64,000 nucleotides of DNA from Eledone cirrhosa (Eukaryota). The translations under genes and the position numbers were made by a program. Location: the NCBI GenBank assembly GCA_964016885.1, contig OZ024740.1:401760001-401824000 (forward strand). Reading direction: 5' to 3'. This document shows positions 59,384-64,000 of the stretch, piece by piece; the stretch's first letter is position 1, and each line of letters starts with the position of its first letter. The notes beneath the pieces are model-generated. The model saw nothing but the letters and a program-made list of their open reading frames with translations, was not told the origin of the DNA and made no database searches.

Positions 59384-61664
59384 GTAGTAGTAGTAGTAGT
59401 AGTAGTATGATCTCTTACGTTGTGTCAAGGTTATAAATATGTAGTGTTGGGAAATCAGTGAAATAAAATGTCTTTAGCACATACTGAGTAATTCTTACTT
59501 TACTGTCATGCCATCATGAAATACATAAAGTTATTGCTAATTAAGGCATTCGGTTGGAAGAATGGTTAATGTGTCAGAAAAATGCCTTGCGATAATTGTT
59601 CCAACTCTTATTTTATATTTCGTTCATGTTGCGCTGTGGTTAGTTTTATTTTGGACTATCATCCTGGGTCGAATTCATGCAGTAGCAGTTATGTAGTGGT
59701 ACCAACATAAGACATGTTTCTCTACCACAAAATGCTATCCATTAACCTATTGGCAGTATCGGTAGAGGGTTGGACGCCATGTTTTCTAGCATAGTTACGT
59801 CCCTTTACAGTCTGAGTTCAAATCCCGCCGAGGTTAACTTTGCCTTTCATCCTTACGGGTTCGATACAATAAAGTACCAGTAATGTACTGGGTAATTGCT
59901 GGCCTTGTGCCTAAAGTAGAAACAATTATTATTATAATGAGGCAAATTTAATCCTGGCTGTGATTTGAAACTCTTATATAGACTCAGGGTAGATGAATAA
60001 GAATTTTGATTCCAGATGATTTTCAACACATATTTTACATGCGATATTTACCTTTGCATAATCTTTTTCTATTACTTCACTAAATACCTGTAATAAAAAA
60101 TGAAGCATTGAAATCGGTTGTACTGAAATCGTTTGCACTCAGAATTAAGAAATGCAAGCAAGGAAGACCATTTCGATTTCGAAAAATTATATTTATATTT
60201 TCTATTATGTACTGTATATTTTTAATTAAAAAGAAAAAATAATAATTGCGGCCCATAACCACCCGGGTACTTCTCATTCATAAAATGTTTATTTATTATT
60301 TTTCATATCTCTAATCGTCCTTATTAATATGGATAATATAATTATTATCACTTGGATATATTTTCACGTGTAATAATTCAATGGTTTATTTCATAGAATT
60401 ATTCACGCGCTCCACGAATATCAACCGACTACGTTGATTAAATAGATGCATATATTATATTTAAGTGGGAAACCAGTGTTGGACTTTGATTGCCCTAACT
60501 AATATGAAGCTTAGAGGTATCTTATTTAAAATTTACACCAGATCTCACAAAACTTTTAAACATAATATACATAATTTTTTAATTATATTAAGGCACCTAT
60601 GGATTGTGAGGCCCAACTCGAACATTGTAGGAAACTATAGATTTAGAGTGCCTGTTTTGATGGTCAGTTAAAGTCAGCGATGCCTTTGCTATAAAAAAAT
60701 GAAATGAACGTCACGCAACATTATATACGTGCCGATCAATTAGCAGTATTTCATAGTGTAACTTTATGTTTTTAGTTCAAATCATACTGTTATCGATTTT
60801 CCTTTTTATCCTTTCAAGGTTGAGCGACTATGCCCCAGTCAAGTAGTTTTGAAAAAATAATAGACTGTTGTTTCTCACTAAGTAAAACACTAGAAACACA
60901 TACTAAATTTGATGTTACACCGAACTAAGATTTATAGAATTAATATTGTTGGCGAGATAAATCTAATTCAATATATAAAATACTCACCCTCAGTATATCA
61001 TAAAGTCTATAGAGTTAGACATACAACTTTACCCTCTCAATACCACAGAGAAAGAAAGAAACAACAAAGAAAGCAATAACGAAAAAAAAAAGAGGCTAAA
61101 TAAATGGATAATTAATCCAGACATTTTCAGTTCGGTATCTACGATTTTATATACTGTTTTTCCCCTCTGGGAATAATATTCCCTTTAACGAAGAACAGGT
61201 CGCATAGCTGTGGGTAATGGGTACTAAATATAAATGTCATTTATTTATAGCTTTGCTATTTCAACGTTATGCTTGATATCTAATTCCTTTTAACACCAAA
61301 GACCTAGAACTAAAGAGACATTCTTAGGAAGTCCCAGACTTTAGAAGATATTAACATACGCAATTTTACTATTAAATATGCCAGGCACGAAATGAGGTAT
61401 ATGTAAAAAAATAATTTTCCTATAGGACGGTTTGGATTCAAAATCAAAACAAACATATTTTGATGATATAGCAAATCAATTTAAAAAGAAGATATAAATA
61501 TGAAAAATATTAATTCCCTGCAAAATACTACTGCAAACGTATAAATAAATGTGTGTGTGTGTGTATTGGCATGCGCGCACACACAAACACACACATACAA
61601 ACACACACATACAAAGACACACACACACAGACACACACACACACACACGCAAACACGCACACGC

Positions 61665-61714
<50 letters not shown>

Positions 61715-62139
61715 GTTATATAACAAAGAAGGTGTGGTAAGATAGCAGGTGTACCATAACGCACCAGAGTACTCAAAATTTAGCGTAGTAGAGTGGGAAA
61801 TAGGAAAAGAGTCAGGACCCCGACGGCTGAGCTCCGGGCGTTACGACACCTAGATATATATATATAGTTGAACAAATAAAACAAAACAAACATAGAGAAG
61901 CAAAAATATAAAGTCTTCCTAAATTCACGCTTCGGTGCAAGTGGAGGAGGGTTTGGCGTTTCGGACGAAAGCCCTTCCTTAGGAGAGGGAGATTTCGGAG
62001 AGGGAGAGAACAGGAAGACACATGGAAGTTTGGAAAATATTGTTAGGTTGTGAGTGGTAGGCGAGTGATCCGGCACTCGGTAGTGGGGGCCGAAATGAAG
62101 GCTCCCGGGGTGACATGGATGTGGTTGTGTGTGTGTCGA

Positions 62140-62224
<85 letters not shown>

Positions 62225-63295
62225 TATATATATATGTACGCGCGCACACACACACACACACACAAACACACGAACAGGAATATAAACATATATTTATGTT
62301 ATATGAATGCATTCGGTTCCGTCTGAGCAGAAACTCCTTAGTCAAAGATGATTTTAATATAATTTTTATGTAGGAAAAATCCGAAATCAGTGTGAAAGAA
62401 ATATTTAATTACACCCAGTAGTAATTTACACTGCAGCTTCAGTTACATTGATAAACTTGTAAACTTCAATAATTAAGACAACAATTACATGGTGATAAAT
62501 CCATATAAACTTCCATGGCCAGATACACGGTAACACAATCTAGCATAGACAAATATACGCACACCCTGACATATACATATAAACTATATATACATGTGCG
62601 AGTGTGTACACTCCTGTAAGTAAACTATACATCTATACATACATGATATACAAAAACACACACTCACTCACACACACACTCACACACATTGAGATACACA
62701 CACCTATATATATATAGTAATTAACTAATTACCACTGACTCTAATTAGCGTTATATATAGAATATTACGTTGATAAACTTTTCTATCAGCGTTGAATGTT
62801 TCCATACTTAAATTTTCCGAATTCCTCTGCTTGGCATTTCAGTCTGATCTAATAATTATTAGATCAGATTATAATCTAATCACTACACTTAAAATGTGGG
62901 CAAAACTGATAATGCTATTAATCACATATTATTTTATTGGAATCTGATATTGGATGACGACCATACTGCGGCATAACTTCAAGAGATTTAATTGGCTATA
63001 TCGAATCGAGAACATTGTGCTCTACATATATTCAAGTCCTGTGGGGAAAGTGTTACAAAGTATAAGAAAGTAAAGGAACGTAACTGACAGGAACAGCATT
63101 CAGTGGTGTATGTTATCTTCAAAGCATTGATTTGTTTTCTACCCATATATAAACACACACACACACACATTTATGTGTGTGTGCTTGTATATATAATGTA
63201 TGTATATATATATATATATACATATATACATATATATATATATATACATATATACATATATATATACATATATATATATATATACATATATATAC

Positions 63296-63562
<267 letters not shown>

Positions 63563-63697
63563 CATATATATACATATACATATACGTGTATATATATATA
63601 TATATATACATATATATACATGTATATATATATATATATACATATATATACATGTATATATATATATATACATATATATAAATGTATATATATATAT

Positions 63698-63754
<57 letters not shown>

Positions 63755-64000
63755 TCACATTCATGCACACATAGACAAGTTTTAACACTTTCATTTATTC
63801 ATGCATTGCCAGTAGGTTTCAGTCCTGTGCCCGATATTCAAATTACATTTCCTCTCTCACTTGATTCCATCAGTGACTATAGTGGGATTCTACTGTAACA
63901 TATTACGATTTATGTCCAAACGAAATTAAGATATTCACAGAAAACACCCAGGAGAAAATACTTCAAATGTTAACTTTATCTTTGCTTGGTACGATTACAG

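Noticed and set aside
62894-63075. MWAKLIMLLITYYFIGI, a signal-peptide-like start
   Set aside because: In-frame TGA after 17 codons and no convincing donor site.

Overview
AT-rich animal genomic DNA, most likely a coleoid cephalopod such as Octopus (inferred from the very high (TA)n/(CA)n microsatellite load and mollusc-type Meta- and CORE-domain tRNA-SINEs). Nearly all long ORFs in the track are translated microsatellites. The one clear host coding feature is an N-terminal exon of an Iroquois (Irx) homeobox gene at about 32.2-32.5 kb; I did not find its homeodomain exon in the window. Other features: a 5'-truncated U6 snRNA copy, a Tx1/L1-type LINE 3' end inside (GATA)n, a decayed CR1/L2-type LINE fragment, many tRNA-SINEs and a small Tc1/mariner MITE. 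The most striking pattern is a dense set of roughly ten apparently unrelated short non-coding repeat families. They sit in (TA)n tracts, carry type I hammerhead ribozyme motifs (CUGANGA-stem II-GAAA-palindromic stem III-NUH), and repeatedly occur as fold-back copies, often turning at the predicted stem II hairpin or at short microhomologies. This fits a large non-autonomous Penelope-pLTR/retrozyme-like system. A possible unannotated small secreted-protein gene (signal-peptide exon plus a phase-compatible 66-nt exon) lies at 54.6-59.4 kb. All ribozyme calls are by-eye motif and pairing assignments, not computed folds.
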